DNA from: Alphaproteobacteria bacterium
GTDB taxonomy: Bacteria > Pseudomonadota > Alphaproteobacteria > RF32 > CAG-239
Direction of reading: 5' to 3'
Assembly (NCBI GenBank): GCA_045644765.1
Contig: JAZRHM010000001.1
Location: forward strand, 58,022-122,021
Length of the DNA: 64,000 nucleotides
This document shows positions 1-8,802 of this stretch, piece by piece. A program made the position numbers and the translations under genes. A model generated the notes under the pieces. The model saw nothing but the letters and a program-made list of their open reading frames with translations. It made no database searches and was not told the DNA's origin. Positions within the stretch are counted from its first letter, which is position 1, and each line of letters opens with the position of its first letter.

Positions 1-1
1 A

Positions 2-1249
2 TATTTAAAAGAACTTAATTTATCAGGCGAAGATGATGCTTGGCTCAAGTCAAACATAAGATTACAAAGGTTTGAAAATCGTAATTATGCATTAATTGAA
101 GCTCTTTACTATAAGCTTATCAGTTATGATTTAAGAGAGCATAACGTTTCAGAATATGCACGTATGAAATATAATAAACCATTGGTTGCCCCGTTGGCAG
201 AATATGAGTTTATAAGTGATGTCGATAAGATAGGTTCATATTGGAAAAACACGTTTAATTGGGCTTCTGTTTACCATGAAGGTAATAATTTATCACATAG
301 ATTTACCATGATAAATTCGTGGAATTTACCATGGATAAGTCCTTTCGGTGAACGATATAAAATTATGGCATCAGTTAAATCAGATGCATATTATGTTGAC
401 GGATATTCCGAAGTTGGCACAAATAGTGATTACTCAGGTGATGTCATAAGAGTTTTTCCTCAATTAGGAATTGAATGGAAACTGCCTTTAGTTAAAGCGA
501 CTGACACTTCAAGACAAATTATAGAACCTATAATTGTTGGTGTATTAGCTCCTAATGGCGGGAATAAAACAAATAAAATTCCTAATGAAGATAGTGAAGA
601 TGTCGATCTTGATGATACCAATATACTTGAGTTGGATCGCTACTCAGGATACGATCGTAATGATAGTGGTAGTCGTATAAGCTATGGTCTGAATTGGAGC
701 TCTTACGGAAACATTATGGGAAGAACTTCTGCTTTTGTTGCTCAAACATACCATTTTAATAAAAACAGCAGTTTTGCAAAAAGTATTGAAAGCGATGGAC
801 ATTTATCAGATTATGTGGGAAGAATTTATGCTGCACCTTCCGATAATTTGGATTTAAATTATCGTTTTCGCTTAGATAAAGATAGCTATAAGTTACAATA
901 TAGTGAGCTTGGTGCTAGAGTTGGAAACGATTTATTGAATATGTATGTTTCGTATATATATTTACAAAAAAATAAAAATGCTACAGAACTGTTTGATAAG
1001 AGAAAAGAGTTGTACACTTCCGTGAAAGCTTCTTTAACGAGAGATTGGTCCGTTAGTATATATAACAGACAAGATTTATCCGGCTCAGGAAAATCGTTGG
1101 AACATGGCGGAAATTTAATATATGAAGATGAATGTTTTAAGTTTATAACTACTATGAAAAAATATAATTCAAACGATCCTAGTTTAGATAACAATTATGA
1201 ATTTAACTTTACCTTTTATCTTAAAACATTAGGTGGCGTCGGAGCATAA
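2..1249 (+). CDS. lptD: LPS-assembly outer membrane protein LptD, C-terminal part (frame open to window edge; 5' end lies outside window)
   Basis: Frame of the 164..1249 ORF has no stop back to position 2. Aromatic-rich beta-strand-like sequence. Immediately followed by surA and rsmA, the conserved lptD-surA-(pdxA)-rsmA order. Confidence 0.6.
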   Translation, partial: YLKELNLSGEDDAWLKSNIRLQRFENRNYALIEALYYKLISYDLREHNVSEYARMKYNKPLVAPLAEYEFISDVDKIGSYWKNTFNWASVYHEGNNLSHRFTMINSWNLPWISPFGERYKIMASVKSDAYYVDGYSEVGTNSDYSGDVIRVFPQLGIEWKLPLVKATDTSRQIIEPIIVGVLAPNGGNKTNKIPNEDSEDVDLDDTNILELDRYSGYDRNDSGSRISYGLNWSSYGNIMGRTSAFVAQTYHFNKNSSFAKSIESDGHLSDYVGRIYAAPSDNLDLNYRFRLDKDSYKLQYSELGARVGNDLLNMYVSYIYLQKNKNATELFDKRKELYTSVKASLTRDWSVSIYNRQDLSGSGKSLEHGGNLIYEDECFKFITTMKKYNSNDPSLDNNYEFNFTFYLKTLGGVGA

Positions 1250-1252
1250 ATT

Positions 1253-2452
1253 ATGGGAGAAAATAAAATGTTAAGCGTTTTCAGTTTGTTTGCGGTTGTT
1301 TTAATATCTGCTTCTTCTTTTGCACAAACATTTGATGCAAATATGGTTGACGCAGCAGCCAGAAAATCAAAATCTGATTCTATCATGTTCAAACAAGACA
1401 GTTATGAAGAAGAGATGCAAAGAAGGGCATATGAAGAAGAGATGCAAAGAAGAGCCTATGAAGAAGAGATGCAAAGAAGAGCTTATGAAGAAGAGATGCG
1501 TCGTCGTGCTGAATATGAAGAAGAGATGAGAAAAAAAGCCTATGAAGAAGAGATGCGTCGTCGAGAAGAGGCTCTAAGGCCTGTCAATTTGTTTGGAAAC
1601 AGTGTTAAAATTTTTGCAGAAGTAAATGGAGAAATTATTACAAGCAGTGATATGCAAGATAGAGTTAACGCTTTTGTCGTTACCACTCAGATACCTGTAA
1701 ATGACCAAACAAAAAACATGATTATAGAAAAAGTTTTACAATCTGCTATTGATGAAAAACTTAAATTACAAGAAGCTCAGAAAAATTCTATAAAAATTTC
1801 GCCTGAAGAATTAGACGTCGGTATGGTAAATTTTGCTAAATCAAATAACATATCTGTTGAACAGCTAAGACAAGTGTTAAAAAAAGCTCAAGTAAACGAA
1901 GACGTATTTCGTTCGCAAATGAAAGCTGAGATGGTTTGGTCTCGTTTAGTTCAGAAAAAAGCTGCTCAAAATGCCATAATATCCAGAAATGAAATTAAAT
2001 CTGCTATGGAAACAATGGAAAAAGATATACAAAAACATAAGTTTTTAGTTTCTGAAATCGTAATTTCGAAAGAAAAAGCAAAAGGTATTGAACAATTAGT
2101 TGAAAATTTACGCCAAGATCCCAGATTTGAATTATATGCGATGCAATTTTCTGAAGGTTTAAGCGCTAAAAATGGTGGTCACATTGGCTGGGTAAATAAA
2201 GGACAACTGACAGAACCGCTTGATAAAGTCCTTCTCAATATGAAAGAAGGAGAAATATCAAATCCAATATTGTTAGGAAAAAATTACTACATATTGAAAT
2301 TAGAAAAGGTTTATGTTCCCGGATCTGATAAAGCGCCTGTTGTAGAGGAGGCACAAGTGCGTAAGATGCTTGAAAATAAAAAAATTGAAGAAATTGCTGA
2401 GAAATACATTCGCGATTTGAGAAATAAGGCTATTATAAATCGTAAGGCATAA
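1253..2452 (+). CDS. surA: Periplasmic chaperone/peptidyl-prolyl isomerase SurA (single C-terminal parvulin domain) with an inserted YEEEMQRRA tandem-repeat segment
   Basis: Signal peptide MLSVFSLFAVVLISASSFA. C-terminal parvulin-like block GGHIGWVNKGQLTEPLDKVLLNMKEGEISNPILLGKNYYILKLEKV. Position between lptD and rsmA. Alternative start at ATG 1268. Confidence 0.75.
   Translation: MGENKMLSVFSLFAVVLISASSFAQTFDANMVDAAARKSKSDSIMFKQDSYEEEMQRRAYEEEMQRRAYEEEMQRRAYEEEMRRRAEYEEEMRKKAYEEEMRRREEALRPVNLFGNSVKIFAEVNGEIITSSDMQDRVNAFVVTTQIPVNDQTKNMIIEKVLQSAIDEKLKLQEAQKNSIKISPEELDVGMVNFAKSNNISVEQLRQVLKKAQVNEDVFRSQMKAEMVWSRLVQKKAAQNAIISRNEIKSAMETMEKDIQKHKFLVSEIVISKEKAKGIEQLVENLRQDPRFELYAMQFSEGLSAKNGGHIGWVNKGQLTEPLDKVLLNMKEGEISNPILLGKNYYILKLEKVYVPGSDKAPVVEEAQVRKMLENKKIEEIAEKYIRDLRNKAIINRKA
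1405..1566 (+). repeat. 27-bp coding tandem repeat (about 7 units, tatgaagaagagatgcaaagaag[ag]gc[ac]) inside surA encoding (Y/A)EEEM(Q/R)RRA
   Basis: Direct reading of DNA and protein: EEEMQRRAY x4, then EEEMRRRAEY, EEEMRKKAY, EEEMRRREEA. Confidence 0.85.
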
Positions 2453-2453
2453 G

Positions 2454-3284
2454 ATGGACTTTAAATTATCACTTAAGAGTACGGTTGAAAAATATGACCT
2501 TATGGCAAAAAAATCGTTAGGTCAGAATTTTTTGTTAAACCAGAATATTCCTGATAAAATTATCAGATGCTCTCTTGAAAAACAAAGTTTAAAAGATTTT
2601 CAAGATAATGATGTTTATGAAATTGGTCCCGGTCCGGGTGGCCTGACAAGAGCCATAATAAGCAACAATCCTAAAAAACTGACGGTTGTTGAAATGGATC
2701 ATCGTTGTATACAAATTATGGAAGAGTTGAAAAATGAGGCAAATGTAAACATGGATATAATCAATGATGATGCATTAAAAACAGATTTTTCAATTCTTGA
2801 AGGTAAAAATAAGCAGATAATCAGCAATTTACCTTATAATATATCAGTTCCCTTGCTTATCGGTTGGCTTAAAAAAATGCAACATTATCAGGGGTTGACT
2901 TTAATGTTTCAAAAAGAAGTTGCAGAGCGTATTTTATCTCCTATAAAAACTAAAAACTATGGCAGAATTTCTGTTTTGGCTCAATTATGCGCAAAAGTTG
3001 AAAAATTGTTTGATATTAGTCCGGAATGTTTTGTACCTGCACCAAAAATTTGGTCAACTGTTTTATTGTTTCAACCCTCAGATGATATCAAAGATGCACA
3101 AATTATGGAAAAAGTTGAACTTCTAACCGAAAAAGCATTCGGACAACGTCGTAAGATGATCAGACAGAGCTTAAAATCTATTGCAAATATTGATAAGGCA
3201 TGTGAAGTTGCCGGAGTTAATATGACAATGAGAGCTGAAGAAATCAGCCCTGAGCAATATTACAAAATCGCAGAAAATATATAA
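2454..3284 (+). CDS. rsmA: 16S rRNA (adenine1518/1519-N6)-dimethyltransferase RsmA/KsgA
   Basis: LGQNFLLNQNIPDKII and SAM-binding EIGPGPGGLT motifs. 276 aa. Directly downstream of surA. Confidence 0.9.
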   Translation: MDFKLSLKSTVEKYDLMAKKSLGQNFLLNQNIPDKIIRCSLEKQSLKDFQDNDVYEIGPGPGGLTRAIISNNPKKLTVVEMDHRCIQIMEELKNEANVNMDIINDDALKTDFSILEGKNKQIISNLPYNISVPLLIGWLKKMQHYQGLTLMFQKEVAERILSPIKTKNYGRISVLAQLCAKVEKLFDISPECFVPAPKIWSTVLLFQPSDDIKDAQIMEKVELLTEKAFGQRRKMIRQSLKSIANIDKACEVAGVNMTMRAEEISPEQYYKIAENI

Positions 3285-3289
3285 AAAAA

Positions 3290-4111
3290 CTATAAACTCA
3301 AACTCTTAAGTAATGCTATTTCTTCTTTCCAACCGTTTAGTTCATTAGGTGTTTCTAAAATAAAGGGCAAGTGTTTTAATTTCGGATGATTGATAATATT
3401 TACAATAGCTTCAAGTCCGATTGTTCCTTTACCGATTTGTTCATGCCTGTCTTTACGAGAGTCAAACGGCATTTTGCTGTCGTTAAGATGAATTGCTTTT
3501 AATTTGTTTAAGCCGATAATATTGTCAAATTGTTCTAAAACAGAATCGAGCTTATTAACAATATCATAGCCGGCAGAATACACATGACATGTATCTAAAC
3601 AAACACCAACTTTTTCTTTTAAGTGAACATTTTCCATAATTTGTTGAAGATCTTCAAAAGTAGAACCTACTTCGCTTCCTTTACCTGACATAGTTTCAAG
3701 TAAAACGGTAGTCGTTTGCGTTGGTGTTAAAATTTTATTTAATAATGCAGATATTTTTTCTATGCCGATTTGCACACCTTGCCCAACGTGACTACCCGGA
3801 TGAAAATTGTAATAATTGTGAGGGATTAGTTCCATACGTTTTAAATCATCAACAAAAACTAATTCGGCAAATTCGGCAGTGTTAGAGTTATCTGAACAAG
3901 GATTAAGAGTGTACGGAGCATGTGCTACAATTTTTTTATCAGGATAGACTTTCAAAAATTCTTTTATATCTTCCAAATCTAAATCTTTTGCTTTAGAGCC
4001 TTGCGGATTGCGTGTAAAAAACTGAAATGTATCAGCATTAATGGAAATGGCATTTTTTGCCATTGATACAAAACCTTTGGAAGAAGAAAGATGACAACCT
4101 AATTTAAGCAT
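3290..4111 (-). CDS. nfo: Endonuclease IV (AP endonuclease family 2)
   Basis: [13 protein letters not shown] start, [40 protein letters not shown] metal-binding motifs. Confidence 0.9.
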   Translation of the reverse strand: MLKLGCHLSSSKGFVSMAKNAISINADTFQFFTRNPQGSKAKDLDLEDIKEFLKVYPDKKIVAHAPYTLNPCSDNSNTAEFAELVFVDDLKRMELIPHNYYNFHPGSHVGQGVQIGIEKISALLNKILTPTQTTTVLLETMSGKGSEVGSTFEDLQQIMENVHLKEKVGVCLDTCHVYSAGYDIVNKLDSVLEQFDNIIGLNKLKAIHLNDSKMPFDSRKDRHEQIGKGTIGLEAIVNIINHPKLKHLPFILETPNELNGWKEEIALLKSLSL

Positions 4112-4239
4112 AAAAACTCCTTTCTGAAATTATATTAACAGTATAATATCATAAAATAAAACATCTATATTTTTTTGCGTTTTATTAAAAAAAGACTTGT
4201 TTTAAAAAAATATTGATGTATAAGCAATGAATAGTATAT

Positions 4240-4316
4240 CGGATTGTAGTTCAGCCTGGTAGAACGCTTCGTTCGGGTCGAAGAGGTCGCTAGTTCGAAT
4301 CTAGTCAATCCGACCA
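4240..4316 (+). tRNA. tRNA-Pro (anticodon CGG)
   Basis: Hand-folded cloverleaf. Acceptor CGGATTG/CAATCCG. D-stem GTTC/GAAC. Anticodon stem CTTCG/CGAAG with loop TTCGGGT. T-loop TTCGAAT. Discriminator A plus encoded CCA. Confidence 0.85.
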
Positions 4317-4326
4317 AATAACAAAA

Positions 4327-4349
4327 GAGCACCCTCGTGGTGCTCTTTT
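4327..4349 (+). terminator. Rho-independent terminator after tRNA-Pro
   Basis: Stem gagcacc/ggtgctc with 5-nt loop followed by TTTT. Confidence 0.6.
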
Positions 4350-4368
4350 GTTATTTGATTTTCGGGCT

Positions 4369-4470
4369 CTAGGTTCGAACTAGCGAGAAAGCTAGTTCGC
4401 ACTTCAAGCGAAAGGCGGACTTTAAGACGCCGGTGCCATAAGGCAGATGTGACGAAGCGGCGAAAATAAT
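4369..4470. repeat. Palindromic repeat element, copy A (RPE/MITE-like, about 100 bp)
   Basis: Head taggttcgaactagcgagaaagctagttcgcacttcaagcgaaaggc contains a perfect hairpin cgaactagc/gctagttcg. Shares head and tail (gaagcg..cgaaaataat) with copy B at 7674..7782. Confidence 0.55.
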
Positions 4471-4484
4471 TCGGTAAAAAATAG

Positions 4485-5384
4485 TTAAGCTTTGAATGTT
4501 TTTAGTAATTTCAAAAAATATGGGGATGGATTATCTTTGTTTAGGGCTAAGCCATAGCCGATGTAGCACAAAGCCATATAATCAAGTTGTTTTAGCTCTA
4601 TTTTTGAAGTTGTCAATTTGTTATATTCCGTCAGCGTATCAATCGCCAATTTGCGGTCAACTTTGTAAAGCGGGAAAAAATCCTGATATTTGGGCATAAT
4701 AACCATGTTTCCAAAGTCAATAATGCCGGCGAGAATATCATCGCTTTCGGGATTGAGTAACAGATTAGAGCCGCTTAAATCGTTGTGGCACAGTGCTTTA
4801 TCGGTATTTGGCAAAGTCGGTTTATTGTAATCTAAATCAATTTTATGTGGCAATAAAGCTTCTCTGACACTGGCATAATCAAAATCTTCTCTTGTGCTAA
4901 CGTCCCAATTATCAATAGCCTCGGTCGGCTCCGGCATATTTAGCTTTTTATAATCAATTTGGTGCATTAAATGAAAAAACATCGCTAAATCTTGCGCCAG
5001 TTTAAGCTGTCGCTCCGGTATAATATTTTGATATAAAACGGCATAGTCGCTTTCCGGACGTCCGTCACAAATTTTACCATATATACGCTTTGAAACAGAA
5101 AACGGATAAGTGCCGTCAATCAGTTCAATTTTGTGGATCTTACCCTCAAAATACGGCATTAAATGCGGATAAATCGTATCAATTATCATTTTTTCGCGTT
5201 GCATCGTCTGCCAAATTATTTCCGCTTTCGGAAAGCGCACAATATAATCGTCGGCATAATATGCAACCGAACGCGAACCGCTTTGTAATCGAGTAATCTC
5301 CTTAATTCCTTTAAAACCGCTATCAGCCAAAATTTTGCGGATTAAATCAAGATTATCAGCCGTCTCTTTCGTTATATATGTCAT
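4485..5384 (-). CDS. Phosphotransferase of the APH/choline-kinase fold (aminoglycoside phosphotransferase-like), substrate unknown
   Basis: YIVRFPK (beta3 lysine), HNDLSGSNLLL (compare APH(3') HGDLGDSNIFV catalytic loop), IIDFGNM (DFG). Confidence 0.6.
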   Translation of the reverse strand: MTYITKETADNLDLIRKILADSGFKGIKEITRLQSGSRSVAYYADDYIVRFPKAEIIWQTMQREKMIIDTIYPHLMPYFEGKIHKIELIDGTYPFSVSKRIYGKICDGRPESDYAVLYQNIIPERQLKLAQDLAMFFHLMHQIDYKKLNMPEPTEAIDNWDVSTREDFDYASVREALLPHKIDLDYNKPTLPNTDKALCHNDLSGSNLLLNPESDDILAGIIDFGNMVIMPKYQDFFPLYKVDRKLAIDTLTEYNKLTTSKIELKQLDYMALCYIGYGLALNKDNPSPYFLKLLKTFKA

Positions 5385-5637
5385 ATTTGTCCTCTTACTT
5401 CACTTGTATAGCTATATCGCTTAAAAAATATAAAAGTCAAGTTTAATTACCACGTGGACAGTGTATTTCATTGAAAAACAATAAAAAAATTATTACCACA
5501 CCTAGTGGGCGGTGAACAAAAGCCAACCTCACCAGTGTGGATGAGAAGGTTCGCCAACGTTAAAATAACACTTTATAAAATAATAAAAAAATTGCCTTAT
5601 CAAAAACAAGGTATTTTTTTTACAATTTAGAGGGTAG

Positions 5638-5735
5638 CAATCCGACCAACACAAGAAAACCACCTGCATGGTGTTTTTTTTGTATTCGAATTTGGTAGCT
5701 AGGACATGAACCTACGAAACATTAATTAATCATTG
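5638..5735. repeat. Degenerate duplicate of the tRNA-Pro 3' end plus downstream terminator and repeat head
   Basis: caatccgaccaa (12 nt identical to tRNA-Pro positions 4305..4316) followed by terminator-like caccTGCATggtgTTTTTTTT and ctaggacatgaacctacgaaac, resembling ctaggttcgaactagcgagaaagc at 4369. Confidence 0.45.
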
Positions 5736-5764
5736 TTGTGATATAAACAGTCATCAGATCACAT

Positions 5765-6703
5765 TCAATCATATAAACGATTCATATTACCTGTTTTGAG
5801 ATAATGTTGCATTGCCATATTTTCATCAATCTTACGTATTACCACACCGGGATTTTTATCAATTTCATCTGTTTTATTAGGCCAGTAATCATAAGGTGTT
5901 TTACTGTTTAAAAAATCACTGGCTCTCTGTGCAGCGGCTTCGATGTCTTTATCATCGTTAACAGTATAAACTCTTAACAAATGAAGAGCTCTTCCGGGAT
6001 AAGTTGTTAAAAAATCCAAATCAAGCTGCTCGGCTTTAGGAAGATCTTTTCGGCAACGAAGCATATAATCTACAAAATACTCTGCAGCATTTTCTACTCG
6101 ACCTTTATTATTATCAAATCCCTCATTATGTAAATTTTTATTTATTAGCAAAACTACTTTGCTTTTGCGTTTCAGGGCTTCAACAATTTCTGTTATGGCA
6201 ACTTTTCTGCCCCCCGTGCATACAAGGACATTAGATGCATTTGCTGTTGCTTCAGCATATGTTTCGGTGTCTTTGAAAACATGGATTGGAGTTTTTACAT
6301 ATTGCCTCATATTGATATCTTTATTAAAACCGTTAAAATCCGTATTTTCCCAGTATCTATCTGTAGTAAAATATGCTACATTTTCTGCGCCTAAGCCACT
6401 AATTTGCGTTGTTATATCATAAATTGATCCGTCTGCCACGGCCGGAGTTGTTATATATCCGGTATTTTTTGATCCTAAGTTTTTATCTAATGATTTAATA
6501 AATTTGGTGGTTACATCTTTATATCCTTCTTGATCAAAAGAATAACCCGATGTAGCAATCCTATATTTTTTATCACCTATGCCGGATTGTAGAATATCTG
6601 TAATGTCAGCTGTGTCATGGTGCACTAATTTGCAATCTTCTTTTGAGAAGTTGCCTAACAAATTAGCTTTCATTTGCTCTATTCTATCTCGGATAGAAAC
6701 CAT
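5765..6703 (-). CDS. Hypothetical protein; possible LOG/SLOG-like Rossmann segment (weak)
   Basis: 312-aa ORF. Segments IATSGYSFDQEG and NVLVCTGGRKVAITEIVEALKRKSKVVLL loosely resemble the Gly-rich loops of LOG/SLOG Rossmann proteins. No confident family assignment. Confidence 0.35.
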   Translation of the reverse strand: MVSIRDRIEQMKANLLGNFSKEDCKLVHHDTADITDILQSGIGDKKYRIATSGYSFDQEGYKDVTTKFIKSLDKNLGSKNTGYITTPAVADGSIYDITTQISGLGAENVAYFTTDRYWENTDFNGFNKDINMRQYVKTPIHVFKDTETYAEATANASNVLVCTGGRKVAITEIVEALKRKSKVVLLINKNLHNEGFDNNKGRVENAAEYFVDYMLRCRKDLPKAEQLDLDFLTTYPGRALHLLRVYTVNDDKDIEAAAQRASDFLNSKTPYDYWPNKTDEIDKNPGVVIRKIDENMAMQHYLKTGNMNRLYD

Positions 6704-6884
6704 ATTATATCCCCATTTATAAATCTTTTACTAAGTATATATCAAAATTTTATTTTTGTCTACATAAAAAATAATTATTAATAATCAGTACATATAATAT
6801 AAAATTATGATGTTGACAGAAAACAAATTACATGTTAGCATTGTGACAAATGATATGCTATTATTTGTCGAAAAGGAGAGAAAA

Positions 6885-7598
6885 ATGACAGCAGCAAGAC
6901 ATATTTCAATTAATGAAGCATTAAAAATGTTTGAAGGTGATGTTATGGAAGCAATTCCGACAGACAGAAAACGTATTGTTATCCCTGCGTTCGGTTTTGC
7001 AGGCGCAGAACCACATGAGCGTTTGGAATGGAGAGCAGATGGGACTTCTTTTATGGAAGATGTTAAAGGTTTAGCCTTTTTGAATCCTAAAGATGCAGCT
7101 GAAGGTCAAACAACACCTAATCAAATTTTGAAACAAAAAGATGGTGTGTTGCTTTGTTATGATGCTCCCGGACGTAAAGAGCAAATTGAAGGATATATAG
7201 CTACGCATCCGAATACATTTGACAATGCTGTTCGTTTGAAGCATTTTATTAATTATTTGACAAACGATGTTCTCAGCCAAGGTGGAGAAAAACCTGACTT
7301 GTGGGATTCTGATACGGCATTTGCTGCCAGTTTACGTGATGCTCCTGCTAAAGAAGATATCAAGCCCGGTATGGTATTCTCAAGTGTTAAGAAAAAAGAA
7401 GTTGTGCAAGCAATCAGAGTGCCGGAAGGTGTAACCTTTACAGGAACAGACGGACAACTTAAAAATGCTAAAAAGGGTGGGGCTTATATCATTAAAGATT
7501 CTGCCGGTATGAGGCTTATTCAGAGTGATGAATTTCCTAAAGCTTATCAGGTAATTAGAATGCCTAAAATGATGACTAAGGAACATGTAAAAGAGTAA
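6885..7598 (+). CDS. Hypothetical protein (no recognisable family); locally higher GC than its surroundings
   Basis: Strong RBS aaggagag 5 nt upstream of ATG 6885 (MTAARHISINEALK...). The track ORF starts at 6807 in the same frame. Divergent from the 5765..6703 gene. Confidence 0.5.
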   Translation: MTAARHISINEALKMFEGDVMEAIPTDRKRIVIPAFGFAGAEPHERLEWRADGTSFMEDVKGLAFLNPKDAAEGQTTPNQILKQKDGVLLCYDAPGRKEQIEGYIATHPNTFDNAVRLKHFINYLTNDVLSQGGEKPDLWDSDTAFAASLRDAPAKEDIKPGMVFSSVKKKEVVQAIRVPEGVTFTGTDGQLKNAKKGGAYIIKDSAGMRLIQSDEFPKAYQVIRMPKMMTKEHVKE

Positions 7599-7628
7599 TT
7601 ACTTATTCTTAAAGTTTAAGACAAAAAA

Positions 7629-7654
7629 CCTTACCGGTGTGGTAAGGTTTTTTT
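7629..7654 (+). terminator. Rho-independent terminator
   Basis: ccttacc-ggtgt-ggtaagg followed by TTTTTTT. Confidence 0.65.
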
Positions 7655-7673
7655 GTGTTGAATGCATTTGCAT

Positions 7674-7782
7674 TAGGTTCGAACTAGCGAAAAAGCTAGT
7701 TTGCACTCCAAACGAAAGGCACACGGAGGTGTGCCGGTCGGCAAAGCCGATGAGCGCCGAGCATGTAGCGAAGCGAAATAAT
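7674..7782. repeat. Palindromic repeat element, copy B
   Basis: taggttcgaactagcgaaaaagctagtttgcactccaaacgaaaggc ... gtagcgaagcgaaataat. About 85% identical to copy A in head and tail, with a different middle. Confidence 0.55.
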
Positions 7783-7958
7783 CTGCTTAATCCGGACTAA
7801 ATTTTACAAAACGCCAAAATCACATTCTTTTATTATCAATTTATTGTTATAATTGCATAATTTATAAAAATCTTTTTCTACTGATTTTTAGATAATTTCC
7901 CTCAAATTATTTGACTTTTACTTAAAAAATTTATATTCAAAAATACAAGGAGTGTAAT

Positions 7959-8465
7959 ATGAAATTAAAGAAAATTAGCACTGAAAAAGATGTGGAAATT
8001 GTTAGAAGTTTTTTCTATGATATATTTTGGGAAGAAGTTGATTACGATTTAATCCATTTCAAAGATTCAATAACCAAAAATCATAATTTTCAGCGTCTGG
8101 AATATTATTTAGGGTATGAAAACAATAATGTTGTTGGCATATCTGGTATATACGCAAATAATGCAAATGAATGTTGGTTAGGGTGGTTTGGTATAATACC
8201 GGAATATCGTCGCAAAGGCTATGCCTCAGCAATGATTAACTTGCAGTTAGAAATGATGAAAAATTACGGATACAAGCTATGTCGTCTTTATACTAATGAA
8301 GTTATCAATAAGGTTGCTGTGCAGTTGTATACAAAAATAGGATTTCAAAAAGATTCTGATTATGAAAATCATATAATAACAATGTTTAAACCACTGAATG
8401 ATGATACATATATTTCAAAGTGGCAAGGGATACCCTTAGGTTTTGTTCCGGAAGTGCCGATATAG
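7959..8465 (+). CDS. GNAT family N-acetyltransferase
   Basis: 168 aa. Acetyl-CoA binding motif RRKGYASAM and YTKIGFQKD. Confidence 0.7.
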   Translation: MKLKKISTEKDVEIVRSFFYDIFWEEVDYDLIHFKDSITKNHNFQRLEYYLGYENNNVVGISGIYANNANECWLGWFGIIPEYRRKGYASAMINLQLEMMKNYGYKLCRLYTNEVINKVAVQLYTKIGFQKDSDYENHIITMFKPLNDDTYISKWQGIPLGFVPEVPI

Positions 8466-8578
8466 TTCACAGATTACAAGATGCCGCTGTTCGACAAGTA
8501 ATATCAGGCAGACGGAAGTATGCCGGTGTCGTAAGGCAGATATAACGAAGCTATAATGAAAATTGTAGCTTTGCTATA
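8464..8578. repeat. Palindromic repeat element, copy C (5'-truncated at the GNAT stop codon) ending in hairpin cgaagctataatgaaaattgtagctttg
   Basis: tagttcacagattacaag...caggcagacggaagtatgccggtgtcgtaaggcagatataacgaagc aligns to the copy A tail gacgccggtgccataaggcagatgtgacgaagc. Confidence 0.45.
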
Positions 8579-8589
8579 GGGAAAAGAAA

Positions 8590-8682
8590 ATGACTAATAT
8601 TAACATGGAAATATCTGTTGCTGATATGAGTTCTAATGTTCAACATATACAAAAAGTAATTAAAGGAAGAAAAAAACATTAG
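8590..8682 (+). pseudogene. Frameshifted 5' fragment duplicating the start of the 10370..10714 gene
   Basis: About 90% nt identity to 10370..10462 (atgactaatattaa[c/a]atggaa...). One-A deletion in the poly-A tract (a7c versus a7cc) gives a stop at 8680. Confidence 0.55.
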
Positions 8683-8802
8683 AAATTGATATATATGGTC
8701 AGAATATTTTGTAGTTTAGTTCTTAATGAAATTTTTAAAATGCTTAAATATTTTTTTACTTTCCAAAGGTTATGTTTTTTTAGCCAACATAAAGGAAGAA
8801 AG

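Noticed and set aside
1320-1529. 69-aa ORF in the +2 frame inside surA
   Set aside because: Alternate-frame read-through of the 27-bp tandem repeat (KKRCKE repeats). This is an artefact of repeat periodicity.}
1405-1566. Possible CRISPR array (regularly spaced repeats)
   Set aside because: The units are contiguous 27-bp tandem repeats without spacers and lie in-frame within surA. There are no cas genes.
5500-5570. GC-richer hairpin-containing stretch (ggcggtgaac...ggttcgcc) upstream of the APH-like gene, considered as a fifth repeat-element copy
   Set aside because: Its similarity to copies A-D is too weak to call by eye. It may simply be the promoter region or another element type.
8686-8802. 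5' extension of the TIM-barrel ORF given in the ORF track (start 8686)
   Set aside because: The extension overlaps the duplicated or frameshifted fragment and has no RBS. ATG 8803 has a good RBS (aaggaag) and is preferred.
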